In this document: positions 34,321-42,293 of the stretch, one piece after another
How the letters are laid out: each line of letters begins with the position of its first letter
Position numbering within the stretch: position 1 is the first letter of the stretch
DNA from: Candidatus Woesearchaeota archaeon
GTDB taxonomy: Archaea; Nanobdellota; Nanobdellia; Pacearchaeales; GW2011-AR1
Length of the DNA: 64,000 bases
Reading direction: 5' to 3'
Assembly (NCBI GenBank): GCA_964358765.1
Contig: CAYHPN010000001.1
Span: 27,182 to 91,181 of the forward strand
Position numbers and translations under genes: made by a program
Notes under the pieces: model-generated
Told to the model about the DNA's origin: nothing
Database searches by the model: none
Seen by the model: the letters and a program-made list of their open reading frames with translations, nothing else

Positions 34321-35309
34321 AAAGATTTAAATAAATCATGGAAACTCTTCCCTTTATCATTATACCATATATAATTGTATTCTCTTATCTTTTCTTTTGA
34401 AAAACTTCTCTGTACTTTTCTATCTATTCTCAAATCTAAATAATCTTTATCTAAGTCTAATTTAATTATTTCATCAGTTATTTGTTTTGCAAAATCTGAA
34501 GCTTTTCCTAAACTATGAATTGCTATGTAAGAATCTTTTCCATTTAAAGAATCAGTTATTTGATTAGTTATTTCCTTTATTTTATCCTTTGCCATTAGAC
34601 TAGAAGTAAAAAATAAGGGCATTTTTGCTAATTGCCACAACTTTTCTTCGATTTTCTTTTCATCCATACCTTGAATTGATTTTAAATAAGTTGTAACATA
34701 TCCTATGGAATAACAATTACAAAATCTAAGCCCTTCTTCTCCATATCTCTCTTTTATACTCCATTTGATTCGATTTGCCTGATCTCTTTTGCCATTCCAC
34801 ATTAAAAAAGTCACGTGAGAACTTAACCCTAGTAAAGATTGAAATTCATGACTAAACTTTGTAATTTCTAAATTAGACAAGATCTCAGGTATCTTTTTTG
34901 GTTCTTTCTCATAATTGCTATATGCTTCGCCTTCAGTAAAATTAACAATATCTATGGATTGGTTAGCTTCTTTCTCTTTGTAAGATTTTAATATAGGTAT
35001 AATTTCCTCATTAATAAAGTTCTTAGGAGCGATTCTATAGATATCATCATTTCCTAAAAGTATATCATATTTGTTAAGAAATTCTCTAACAATTGGATGC
35101 TGTTGATCTTTAGGCTTACTGGATTCTTTCCCAAGTTGGGGAAGTATTTTTTTCAGATTTTCTTGGTCTTCTGGTTTTATTATTTTATCTTTATTTTTTT
35201 CAAAGACTCCCTTCCACCATTTTTTAATATAGGGTATTAAGTTGAGTAGATTTTTTGTAGTTTCAATACTTTTATCTATATCGCTAGGTATCAGAAAAGA
35301 ATGATCCAT
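34308..35309 (-). CDS. Hypothetical protein (ORFan, 333 aa)
   Basis: It is a long ORF with balanced composition, tightly packed between neighbours. I recognised no motif. Confidence 0.45.
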   Translation of the reverse strand: MDHSFLIPSDIDKSIETTKNLLNLIPYIKKWWKGVFEKNKDKIIKPEDQENLKKILPQLGKESSKPKDQQHPIVREFLNKYDILLGNDDIYRIAPKNFINEEIIPILKSYKEKEANQSIDIVNFTEGEAYSNYEKEPKKIPEILSNLEITKFSHEFQSLLGLSSHVTFLMWNGKRDQANRIKWSIKERYGEEGLRFCNCYSIGYVTTYLKSIQGMDEKKIEEKLWQLAKMPLFFTSSLMAKDKIKEITNQITDSLNGKDSYIAIHSLGKASDFAKQITDEIIKLDLDKDYLDLRIDRKVQRSFSKEKIREYNYIWYNDKGKSFHDLFKSLWIS

Positions 35310-35313
35310 CTTT

Positions 35314-35631
35314 TCAATCTTTCGATAATGAATTTTTTTCAGATATAAACTTTAAATCTCCATTTTTCACTAATAGGTCAGAATATTCTGCTATATTTCT
35401 AACAAAATTATGTGAACCTAGTATAAGTGCTAGATTGGGAGATTCTTCTAGATTAATTCCTTTGTTATCTGCACCCACTAATTCTTTACCACTATCTTTG
35501 TCTATTATTTTGCCAGATTCAAGAATATGATATCCTATTTCATTGAATATTTCTTTTTTTCTTGTTTTAGACACTAATATCTTAAAACTCTTAGATTTTG
35601 TTTCTTCCCAAGATTCAAACGCAAAGCTCAT
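35314..35631 (-). CDS. Hypothetical protein (ORFan, 105 aa)
   Basis: The ORF lies 4 nt upstream of the 333-aa gene. I recognised no motif. Confidence 0.4.
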   Translation of the reverse strand: MSFAFESWEETKSKSFKILVSKTRKKEIFNEIGYHILESGKIIDKDSGKELVGADNKGINLEESPNLALILGSHNFVRNIAEYSDLLVKNGDLKFISEKNSLSKD

Positions 35632-35839
35632 TATAAACCTCCCATAAGAACAGAGCTAATAATTAGTTTATTAATATTATTGTTATAAAATATTATGTTC
35701 ATGTATAACTCTCTCCTTTTTCACTTATAATTCTTCTACTTCTATATTTAAATACTTTACTTTTGTCTATAATCTATATTTTTTTATATGTTTACTAAAT
35801 TATCTATTGTTTTAACCATTATATTGATTTTTTGAATTG

Positions 35840-36121
35840 TTAAAGTTGTTTAAGATAACTTTGACATCTCTTTTTTTGAGAATCATTAAGATATTCCCAT
35901 AATATTATTTCCTTAAAAGTCGACCACCAAGCAGATTTCCATTTGGGATTCTGACTAGGGTTTAAATTAGGATTTTGCGAAATATTTATATCTGGATTCT
36001 GAGAGATGTTTATATCTGGATTTTGACTTGGATTAAGTTCTGGATTCTGAGAAGGATTATTTTCTGGTTCATAATTTTCTTGCATCATCAGTGCAACAGC
36101 ATAATTAATTAATTCTTTCAT
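35840..36121 (-). CDS. Small protein with a tandem SQNPxxNx octapeptide repeat
   Basis: It is 93 aa. Residues 24-59 read SQNPELNP SQNPDINI SQNPDINI SQNPNLNP SQNP, followed by a Trp-rich tail (KWKSAWWSTF). Confidence 0.4.
   Translation of the reverse strand: MKELINYAVALMMQENYEPENNPSQNPELNPSQNPDINISQNPDINISQNPNLNPSQNPKWKSAWWSTFKEIILWEYLNDSQKKRCQSYLKQL
35945..36052 (-). repeat. 24-nt tandem repeat, about 4.5 units, coding
   Basis: The DNA units ctggattctgagagatgtttatat and ctggattttgacttggattaagtt recur head to tail and encode the SQNPxxNx repeat. Confidence 0.7.
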
Positions 36122-36470
36122 AAAGAAATATAAATACCCTTATTTTTAATTTTATCTATTGCTAAATATTTTAAGAATTTTAAAAATTAAGTATGTTTTA
36201 ATTTTAGCTAATATTAATAACTTAGAAATTGTCTGTTTAAATCAATAGGTCCAAATATTCTTGAACTATCTCTTTCATCAACTAAAGTATTAATAACATA
36301 GTAATAACCTGGTTTCTTTTCAACTTTTGATTTAACTAATTCCTCAATATGTGCGTTAATCCCTTGATTTTCTCTCATATAAAAAGCATGTTAAATCATT
36401 ATTTTAAATATTTCCATACTTAACTTACAGGAGCCAAAAGCTACTTAATGATCAGAAATTTAATATTATA

Positions 36471-36725
36471 ATGAAAATGAAGTTAACCAAAAAAGAAACG
36501 CAAGACAAAATTGAGATGTTCTTCAAAAAAGAGGAATTTACTCCGCAAGAAATGAAGAAAATAAAAAAATTGGCAATGAAATTTAATATAAAACTTGGAG
36601 CATATAAGAAAAATTATTGTAAAAAATGCCATAATAAATTAGAAGGGAAGATAAAGGTAAATAAAACATTTAAGACCGTTTCTTGTTCTTCCTGTGGATT
36701 TCTCAATAAAATAAAATTAAGATGA
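36471..36725 (+). CDS. RNase P protein component 4 (Rpp21/Rpr2-like zinc ribbon), short form
   Basis: YCKKCHNKLEGKIKVNKTFKTVSCSSCGF matches the Rpp21 pattern (R)YCKKCxxxLxxG...V...C..CG. It is 84 aa. Confidence 0.55.
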   Translation: MKMKLTKKETQDKIEMFFKKEEFTPQEMKKIKKLAMKFNIKLGAYKKNYCKKCHNKLEGKIKVNKTFKTVSCSSCGFLNKIKLR

Positions 36726-37748
36726 AAATAGACTCGTTAGTGTTTTATCCTTATAGGCATTTAACAAAGTTATAAAGTACCCTAATATGAGAGGCCCCAA
36801 TATCAATCCTAAAAGGCCAAAAACAAATATTCCTCCTATCATTCCAATTATTACTATTGCCTGAGACATTTTTGTTTTCTTGGAAATAAGATGAGCTCTA
36901 AGGAAGTTATCTATGGTTGAGACAAACAATAAGTTATAGGCAAGGAATAGAACTACTGTCAAAGGAGAAGCATTGCCCACTATTAAAAATACTGCAACCG
37001 GAAGATAAATTATCCCTACTCCTATCATAGGTATTGTTCCAAATACCATTGAAATGACTGTTAAGATAATTGCATTTGGAACTCCAACAATAAAGTAACT
37101 TATTCCTGCTAAAAGGCCTTGAAGTAAACCAATGGTAATCTGCCCATAAATTATAGAACCGGTTATATTTTTGAATTGAACGACTACTTTCTTTTCCTGA
37201 TCTTTATTTAATGGCGATAAACCTGAACAGAATTCTTTGAGTTTATCTAAATCTCTGAGAGTGAAGAAGAATACAAACCCAACAAGAAGAAGATGAAGAG
37301 CTATAGTTCCAAAATTTACTAATAAACCAAGTAAACTGTTTAAAATTGAAGTTCCGAATTTGCTTATCGAATTATTTAATGTTGTGCTTAATTGATTAAC
37401 CAGTTGATCAGAAGCATAAGGCAAGATAATTCTAATCATACTTCCTATATCTATCTTATCTGAAAGCTTGAATATTTCAAAGAATTGTTTAGACAAGATA
37501 GGTATGAGCAACCAAAATGATAAAACTATAATTATTATAATTAAAATGGTTATTATCCCTGCGGCCAGACTTTTGGATTTTACATATTTAAGAATGAATA
37601 AGTATATTGGTAGAAATATAAATGCTAGAATTAAACCTCCGAATATAGATAACATTATTGGCCTTAAAACTGAAAAGACCAGGATTAATAAAATAATTAA
37701 AATTCCAAAAACTAATATTTTTTTTGCATCCTTGTCCGTTAATTCCAT
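36717..37748 (-). CDS. AI-2E family transporter (PerM/UPF0118)
   Basis: It is 343 aa with about 8 TM helices and a central soluble loop. The N-terminal LRPIMLSIFGGLILAFIFLPIY and the overall layout fit AI-2E. Confidence 0.6.
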   Translation of the reverse strand: MELTDKDAKKILVFGILIILLILVFSVLRPIMLSIFGGLILAFIFLPIYLFILKYVKSKSLAAGIITILIIIIIVLSFWLLIPILSKQFFEIFKLSDKIDIGSMIRIILPYASDQLVNQLSTTLNNSISKFGTSILNSLLGLLVNFGTIALHLLLVGFVFFFTLRDLDKLKEFCSGLSPLNKDQEKKVVVQFKNITGSIIYGQITIGLLQGLLAGISYFIVGVPNAIILTVISMVFGTIPMIGVGIIYLPVAVFLIVGNASPLTVVLFLAYNLLFVSTIDNFLRAHLISKKTKMSQAIVIIGMIGGIFVFGLLGLILGPLILGYFITLLNAYKDKTLTSLFSS

Positions 37749-37776
37749 TTAAATGGAGAGAATATTAGATATTTAA

Positions 37777-37813
37777 ATATAATGTAAATTATAACAAAAA
37801 TAATTTCCATTGG
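37777..37813. promoter_or_regulatory. 37-nt imperfect palindrome (copy C), a candidate operator between divergent genes
   Basis: The sequence is atataatgtaaattat-aacaaaa-ataatttccattgg. The arms tgtaaattat and ataatttcca are 9/10 reverse-complementary with a 7-nt spacer. Near-identical cores lie at 30749-30785 and, inverted, at 29547-29583. Confidence 0.45.
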
Positions 37814-37871
37814 GGAAATAAAATTTAAAAATATTTATAAACACTGGATTATAAAAGTAATCTAAAATACA

Positions 37872-38576
37872 ATGAAAAACACTATCCATAAGATATTTAC
37901 TGACTGCGTTGATGAAGAAGTGCATACTGAATTCAATAAGTTCTCAAGAGGAGTATTTGAGAACAGATATTTACTTGAAGGCAAAAGACAGCCCGAGAAA
38001 TGGAGTATAAAAGCAAGTGCTGAATTTGCTAATTATTTTGTAAGAAGGGGGCTTGAGGGAGCAAGCGGAAAGATAAAAATGACAGGAGCCATTATCTCGA
38101 CTTTAGATTTGTCTAAAGATATTGATTTTGAGATCAGCGATACTAAAGGATATATGGGAATAAAGCAAAACCTGATAAATTCTGAAATTGATGCCAAGAA
38201 GATTATTACTTTGATGAATAAATATCCCAAAGTGTTTTTCGCTTTATCTTTTTCTTCTCCGGGTTTTGAGCTCAAGATTAAAGCTAAAGCTCCAAAAAGC
38301 GGAAAACCTGGAAGCAAGGGAGAAGAGGAGCCTAAAGCAGATTTTTGCTCACTAAAAACAACCAACAAAGCTATTGTTGAGGATTTATTTTTTGATATTA
38401 AAGAATTTAAAGAACTTATGATAAAACATACTTTAGAGATAAAAGAAATAGAACTGCCAAAAGGAGAGAAAGATCCTGTGAAGATGAGAGAGAATGCAAA
38501 GAGAAAAGGAATTATAAAAAGACTTATTATTCTTGAAGGCAATAAACAAATGAAAGAGAAGGCGTTTGTTATTTAG
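37872..38576 (+). CDS. Hypothetical protein (234 aa)
   Basis: The ORF has balanced composition. A TATA-like atatttataaac lies about 30 nt upstream. I recognised no family. Confidence 0.45.
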   Translation: MKNTIHKIFTDCVDEEVHTEFNKFSRGVFENRYLLEGKRQPEKWSIKASAEFANYFVRRGLEGASGKIKMTGAIISTLDLSKDIDFEISDTKGYMGIKQNLINSEIDAKKIITLMNKYPKVFFALSFSSPGFELKIKAKAPKSGKPGSKGEEEPKADFCSLKTTNKAIVEDLFFDIKEFKELMIKHTLEIKEIELPKGEKDPVKMRENAKRKGIIKRLIILEGNKQMKEKAFVI

Positions 38577-38673
38577 AAATATTATATAAATTATTTATTT
38601 TGAATTGATTTATCCCAGGAAAAATAACTACTATCTTATAAAGATATGCAGACAATCTGTAACATTTAGTAGT

Positions 38674-39429
38674 TTAAGTGACTTTATTCCAAAGAGCATA
38701 AAAGAACTTTCTATATTCTTCTGCGTTCCCTTTTGACTTAATAGCAAAAAGCATTGGAGTTTCTCCCCAACTAAAAGTGGCCACCGTGTCCTTGAATATA
38801 GAAATACCAGAAGGGAAGGGAAAATTTGTAGCTCTAAACTCGTATAATTTATGGAGTGATTTTGATAATTTTATTTTATTTAAACCATCATTTTTAGATA
38901 ATAATATTTTACTTTTACCACCTGTTTGGGCTCTTCTTTTATGATACCTATCAAAAAGATGAATAACGAACTTATTCTGTATAGCTTGTTCTGGAAAAGC
39001 AAAACCTAAGTATTCATCTTGGTTGGTTAAATTATCAGCCATCATTTCGTAAAAGCTTTTGATACCTTCATAACCAACATACGCCCTTACTTCGTGTTGT
39101 TCTGATTTAGATTTTTGCTTTTGCAATAATTGTGGCAAAATTTTTGTGAATTCTTCTTGTTCTAGCTTTAACTCTCTTTCCTTAGTTTTAATATAGTCCA
39201 AAATTCTTTTAGGAGAATTAGCCTGGAAGTATTTTATCTTGTCATTATAAGTTTCACTGACAAGTCCTTTAGCTTTCAATTTCTCCAATATTTCATAGAC
39301 TTTTGAACCTGCAATTCCTGATTTTTTTATTATTGGCCCGGAACTTGTATTTCCTAGTTCTAACAAAGAAAAGTAAACTTTTATCTCACCCCTAGTAAAT
39401 CCTATCTTTTCTAATGTTTTTGTATCCAT
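38674..39429 (-). CDS. TrmB-family transcriptional regulator
   Basis: The N-terminal winged helix LEKIGFTRGEIKVYFSLLELGNTSSGPIIKKSGIAGSKVYEILEKLKAKGLVS is the classic TrmB HTH. It is 251 aa. Confidence 0.7.
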   Translation of the reverse strand: MDTKTLEKIGFTRGEIKVYFSLLELGNTSSGPIIKKSGIAGSKVYEILEKLKAKGLVSETYNDKIKYFQANSPKRILDYIKTKERELKLEQEEFTKILPQLLQKQKSKSEQHEVRAYVGYEGIKSFYEMMADNLTNQDEYLGFAFPEQAIQNKFVIHLFDRYHKRRAQTGGKSKILLSKNDGLNKIKLSKSLHKLYEFRATNFPFPSGISIFKDTVATFSWGETPMLFAIKSKGNAEEYRKFFYALWNKVT

Positions 39430-39523
39430 TTTAAATCCAATAAAGTTAATTATATAAGTTTTTCCAATTATTCCCCCCCCGTGTGTGAATAATAATTAAA
39501 TAAGATTAAAATTGAAGTGAAAT

Positions 39524-40261
39524 ATGGTTGAAAAGATTTTGAATTTTAGGAGTGTTTCTTTAGAGCAAATAGCTGGAGAACTGTATAATTTCTCAAAGAT
39601 TGGAGGATTTTCTATAAGTAATTGTATGAAAAGAAGTTTTAGAGAAGAATTGCTGAAAAGAATTAAAGAATTTAATCATTCTAATGGTAGTAAATTTCGA
39701 GAGGCGAGAAGAACACAGGGTGAAATAACTCAAGAAATGGAACTGTTTTATCTTGAAGATATAGGCGAGTCTGCTTTTCCTAACAATCTTAGAGGTTTAA
39801 TGGGGCAGTTGAGACTGGAATATGCTGATTTTTATAAAGAGTTAGGTAAAGTGGCAAGTTTTCAGAGACAAGGATTGGAATCGATAGGTTTTCATCATTA
39901 CAAAAAAGGTTCTATTGGTATAACTCCGCATCAAGATTATACTACTGATATAAATTTAATTGGTTCTTTTGTAATCACAGGAAAAGCTCCTTTCTTCATT
40001 TGTAAAGATAGGCAAAAATCTGGAGCGATAGAGCTTGCTTCATATCCGGGATCTCTCATCCTCATGAGGGCAGCACGAAAAGAAACTGAACAACCCAAGC
40101 GTCCATTTCATTATGTGGATAAGGTGAAAGAAGACAGATATTCTCTTCTATTTCGTTGGAGAACTGAAACAGGACTAACTACGCGATCTAAAATAGCGAA
40201 AGAGTATATTCAGGAGTACAACGATGAGGAGGATCCTTGGGCTGGACACATAGTACATTAA
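39524..40261 (+). CDS. 2-oxoglutarate/Fe(II)-dependent oxygenase-like protein
   Basis: There is an HxD in GITPHQDY, a distal His in RPFHYVD and an RxS nine residues later (RYSLLF). This is the facial triad plus the 2OG-binding Arg in the canonical order. Confidence 0.5.
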   Translation: MVEKILNFRSVSLEQIAGELYNFSKIGGFSISNCMKRSFREELLKRIKEFNHSNGSKFREARRTQGEITQEMELFYLEDIGESAFPNNLRGLMGQLRLEYADFYKELGKVASFQRQGLESIGFHHYKKGSIGITPHQDYTTDINLIGSFVITGKAPFFICKDRQKSGAIELASYPGSLILMRAARKETEQPKRPFHYVDKVKEDRYSLLFRWRTETGLTTRSKIAKEYIQEYNDEEDPWAGHIVH

Positions 40262-40690
40262 ATGGAAAGAACAATTGAATCAAGTTTCACATTTGATGCA
40301 GGACATAGAATAGTTGGTATAGAGCCAATAGAAGAGCAAGCAATACATGGACATACCTTCAATTTTAAAGTCATAATTAAATCTAAGTTGCTAAATAAAA
40401 ACGGAATTATATTTGATCGTAATGAACTATTAAAAATTATACAACCTTTTATTAAAGAGTTGGACCATTCGTGTTTATTATTTGATAAATATCCCTTAGT
40501 TAATGATTTAAAAGAACTGGCAAAAAAATATAAGTTTGAACATAAAATTATATCTTTAGATGTAAATCCTACAATTGAAGGTTTAATAGATTATTTATTC
40601 AGAAGAATAAAGAAATTATTGCCTATTGAAAATAAAATTGAAATTAGGCTAAAAACTTCTGAGTCTTTGGAATCTTCATATTTAGAATAA
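40262..40690 (+). CDS. 6-pyruvoyl-tetrahydropterin synthase / QueD family (COG0720) protein, without the Cx3HGH cysteine
   Basis: FTFDAGHRIVG...EEQAIHGHTFNFKV follows the pattern (S/D)AAHRL...HGH(N/S)(Y/F). The position four residues before HGH is Glu rather than Cys. It starts 1 nt after the oxygenase stop. Confidence 0.6.
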   Translation: MERTIESSFTFDAGHRIVGIEPIEEQAIHGHTFNFKVIIKSKLLNKNGIIFDRNELLKIIQPFIKELDHSCLLFDKYPLVNDLKELAKKYKFEHKIISLDVNPTIEGLIDYLFRRIKKLLPIENKIEIRLKTSESLESSYLE

Positions 40691-40760
40691 TAAACTAGAA
40701 TTTACTAACTCTTAAACTTATATTAAATTTTAAAATTAGATAGATGAGTAAAATGAAAAA

Positions 40761-41279
40761 TTAATTTTTAAATTTCTTTACTTTATTACTATCTATAGAA
40801 CTTTCGTCCTCTGAATCTTCCTCGTCTTCTTCATCATCGTTACCTTCCTCATCATCTAGATCTTCATCTTCGTCTATATCTTCGTCATCACCTAACTCTA
40901 GATCTTCATCAACATCAATTTCTAGTTCGCTTAAAATTTTTATAATCTTGTCTAGTTTTGCATTTATCTGATTGAATTGATCAGATGAACCAGCGGATGA
41001 ACCGCCTCTGAAGGCAGAAGAATCTCCTTCTTTTTTGAAGCAATCATTACAATAAACAGGTTTAGATGTTGTTGGTTTGAATGGAACCTGGCAATCTTTT
41101 CCGCATTTACTGCAAATAACATCATGCATTTCTCCACGTCTAGAATCTCTATCTCTTCCACCACCATATCCCCCTCTGTTTCCGCCGAAACCTCCACCTC
41201 CGAAGCCTCTTCCGCCACCGCGGCTATCTCTACCTCTGCCTCCGAAACCTCCACCACGGTCTGATCTAAAATTTCCCAT
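40761..41279 (-). CDS. RGG-box / CxxC-x17-CxxC zinc-ribbon / acidic-tail protein
   Basis: The N-terminus is GGGFGGRGRDSRGGGRGFGGGGFGGNRGGYGGGRD. The zinc ribbon CSKCGKDCQVPFKPTTSKPVYCNDC has exactly 17 residues between the CxxC pairs. The C-terminus is a D/E-rich tail. Confidence 0.6.
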   Translation of the reverse strand: MGNFRSDRGGGFGGRGRDSRGGGRGFGGGGFGGNRGGYGGGRDRDSRRGEMHDVICSKCGKDCQVPFKPTTSKPVYCNDCFKKEGDSSAFRGGSSAGSSDQFNQINAKLDKIIKILSELEIDVDEDLELGDDEDIDEDEDLDDEEGNDDEEDEEDSEDESSIDSNKVKKFKN

Positions 41280-41356
41280 AATAAGTTAATAAAATTACGG
41301 TATTTAAAGGTTCTTACAGTGAAATTTTATTCCTTTCTGTTTAAACTTAATAGAGT

Positions 41357-41378
41357 ATCTAAACTTTTTTATAATTCA
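41357..41378 (+). promoter_or_regulatory. 22-nt promoter-like element upstream of apbE, identical to 43965-43986
   Basis: The element is atctaaacttttttataattca, containing a ttttttataa TATA box. Confidence 0.45.
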
Positions 41379-41449
41379 ATAATACCAGAGGAATATGAAA
41401 AATGATTTGCAATGCATAAATCTTTTAAATTGATTAACTTGCTTATTTT

Positions 41450-42292
41450 ATGGATCAAATTGAAATACGAAGGAAAATGTTTGGAGAGGAAGTAGTTTTT
41501 CTTATTAATAATGTCAGTAAAGATATGGTTGAGATTGTAGTTGATGAAGTATATTTGGAAGGCTTGAGATTACAAAGAATTTTTAATTTCTTTGATAAAA
41601 AAAGTGATTTATCCATATTGAATAAAAATAGAAAAATAAAAGCTAATAAAGATTTATTATTTGTAATAGGAGAGGCGCTAAAAATATGCAAAATAACTGA
41701 AGGATTATATGATATATCCTTGGGGAAGCAATTTCACGAAAGAAAAATAGGAATAGAGATTACTAAAGTAAAATGCTCATATAAAGACATTGCAATGAAA
41801 AATGGTGAAATTGAATTATTGCATCCTGATGTTATGATTGATCTAGGGAGTATAGCTAAGGGGTATATTGCAGATAAACTTGCAGAAATGCTTAGAGAAA
41901 AAGGAATTTTATCTGGTTTGATTGATGCTAGAGGAGATATTATTTTATTCGGTGAAGAAGAACAAATAATCGAGATACAGCATCCAAGAGATAAGGAGAA
42001 AAATTTTAGAGAAATTAAAGTAAGAAATTGCGGGATTGCAACTTCCGGAGATTATAATCAATATAGCAAAAATTTTGAAAACTCCCATATAATAAACAAA
42101 AATGAATTGATTTCTGTCACGACATTAGCTCCAACTCTAATGGAAGCCGATTTATATGCAACCGCAATTATTGTAACACCGAAAGAAAAAATAGAAAATT
42201 TGTTAAATAGGAATAAAAAAATTAAGGCTCTATGCATAGATAAAAACTTAAGTACAATCGAGTTTAATAATTTTGAAGAGGTTGTTGGGTAA
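41450..42292 (+). CDS. apbE: FAD:protein FMN transferase (ApbE family)
   Basis: The motifs are DLGSIAKGYIADK and IATSGDYNQY, with a C-terminal ADLYATA. These are typical ApbE motifs. No signal peptide is obvious. Confidence 0.7.
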   Translation: MDQIEIRRKMFGEEVVFLINNVSKDMVEIVVDEVYLEGLRLQRIFNFFDKKSDLSILNKNRKIKANKDLLFVIGEALKICKITEGLYDISLGKQFHERKIGIEITKVKCSYKDIAMKNGEIELLHPDVMIDLGSIAKGYIADKLAEMLREKGILSGLIDARGDIILFGEEEQIIEIQHPRDKEKNFREIKVRNCGIATSGDYNQYSKNFENSHIINKNELISVTTLAPTLMEADLYATAIIVTPKEKIENLLNRNKKIKALCIDKNLSTIEFNNFEEVVG

Positions 42293-42293
42293 A

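Noticed and set aside
38033-38542. A 169-aa minus-strand ORF antisense to the 37872-38576 gene. Similar long antisense ORFs occur at 23286-23741, 26295-26795, 10685-10987, 60922-61311 and 61296-61646.
   Set aside because: The translations are Ser/Leu/Phe/Ile-rich low-complexity mirrors of Lys/Glu-rich or Gly/Ala-rich sense genes. The sense-strand products carry recognisable motifs (SecD, the FAD oxidoreductase, AcpS) or more protein-like composition. I treat them as shadow ORFs.
40964-41289. Two alternative-frame ORFs (97 aa on the minus strand, 70 aa on the plus strand) overlapping the RGG/zinc-ribbon gene.
   Set aside because: They arise from the locally GC-rich, repetitive GGN/CCN codons of the RGG box, giving poly-Pro or Glu/Val/Ala translations. 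The frame with the exact CxxC-x17-CxxC motif is the credible one.
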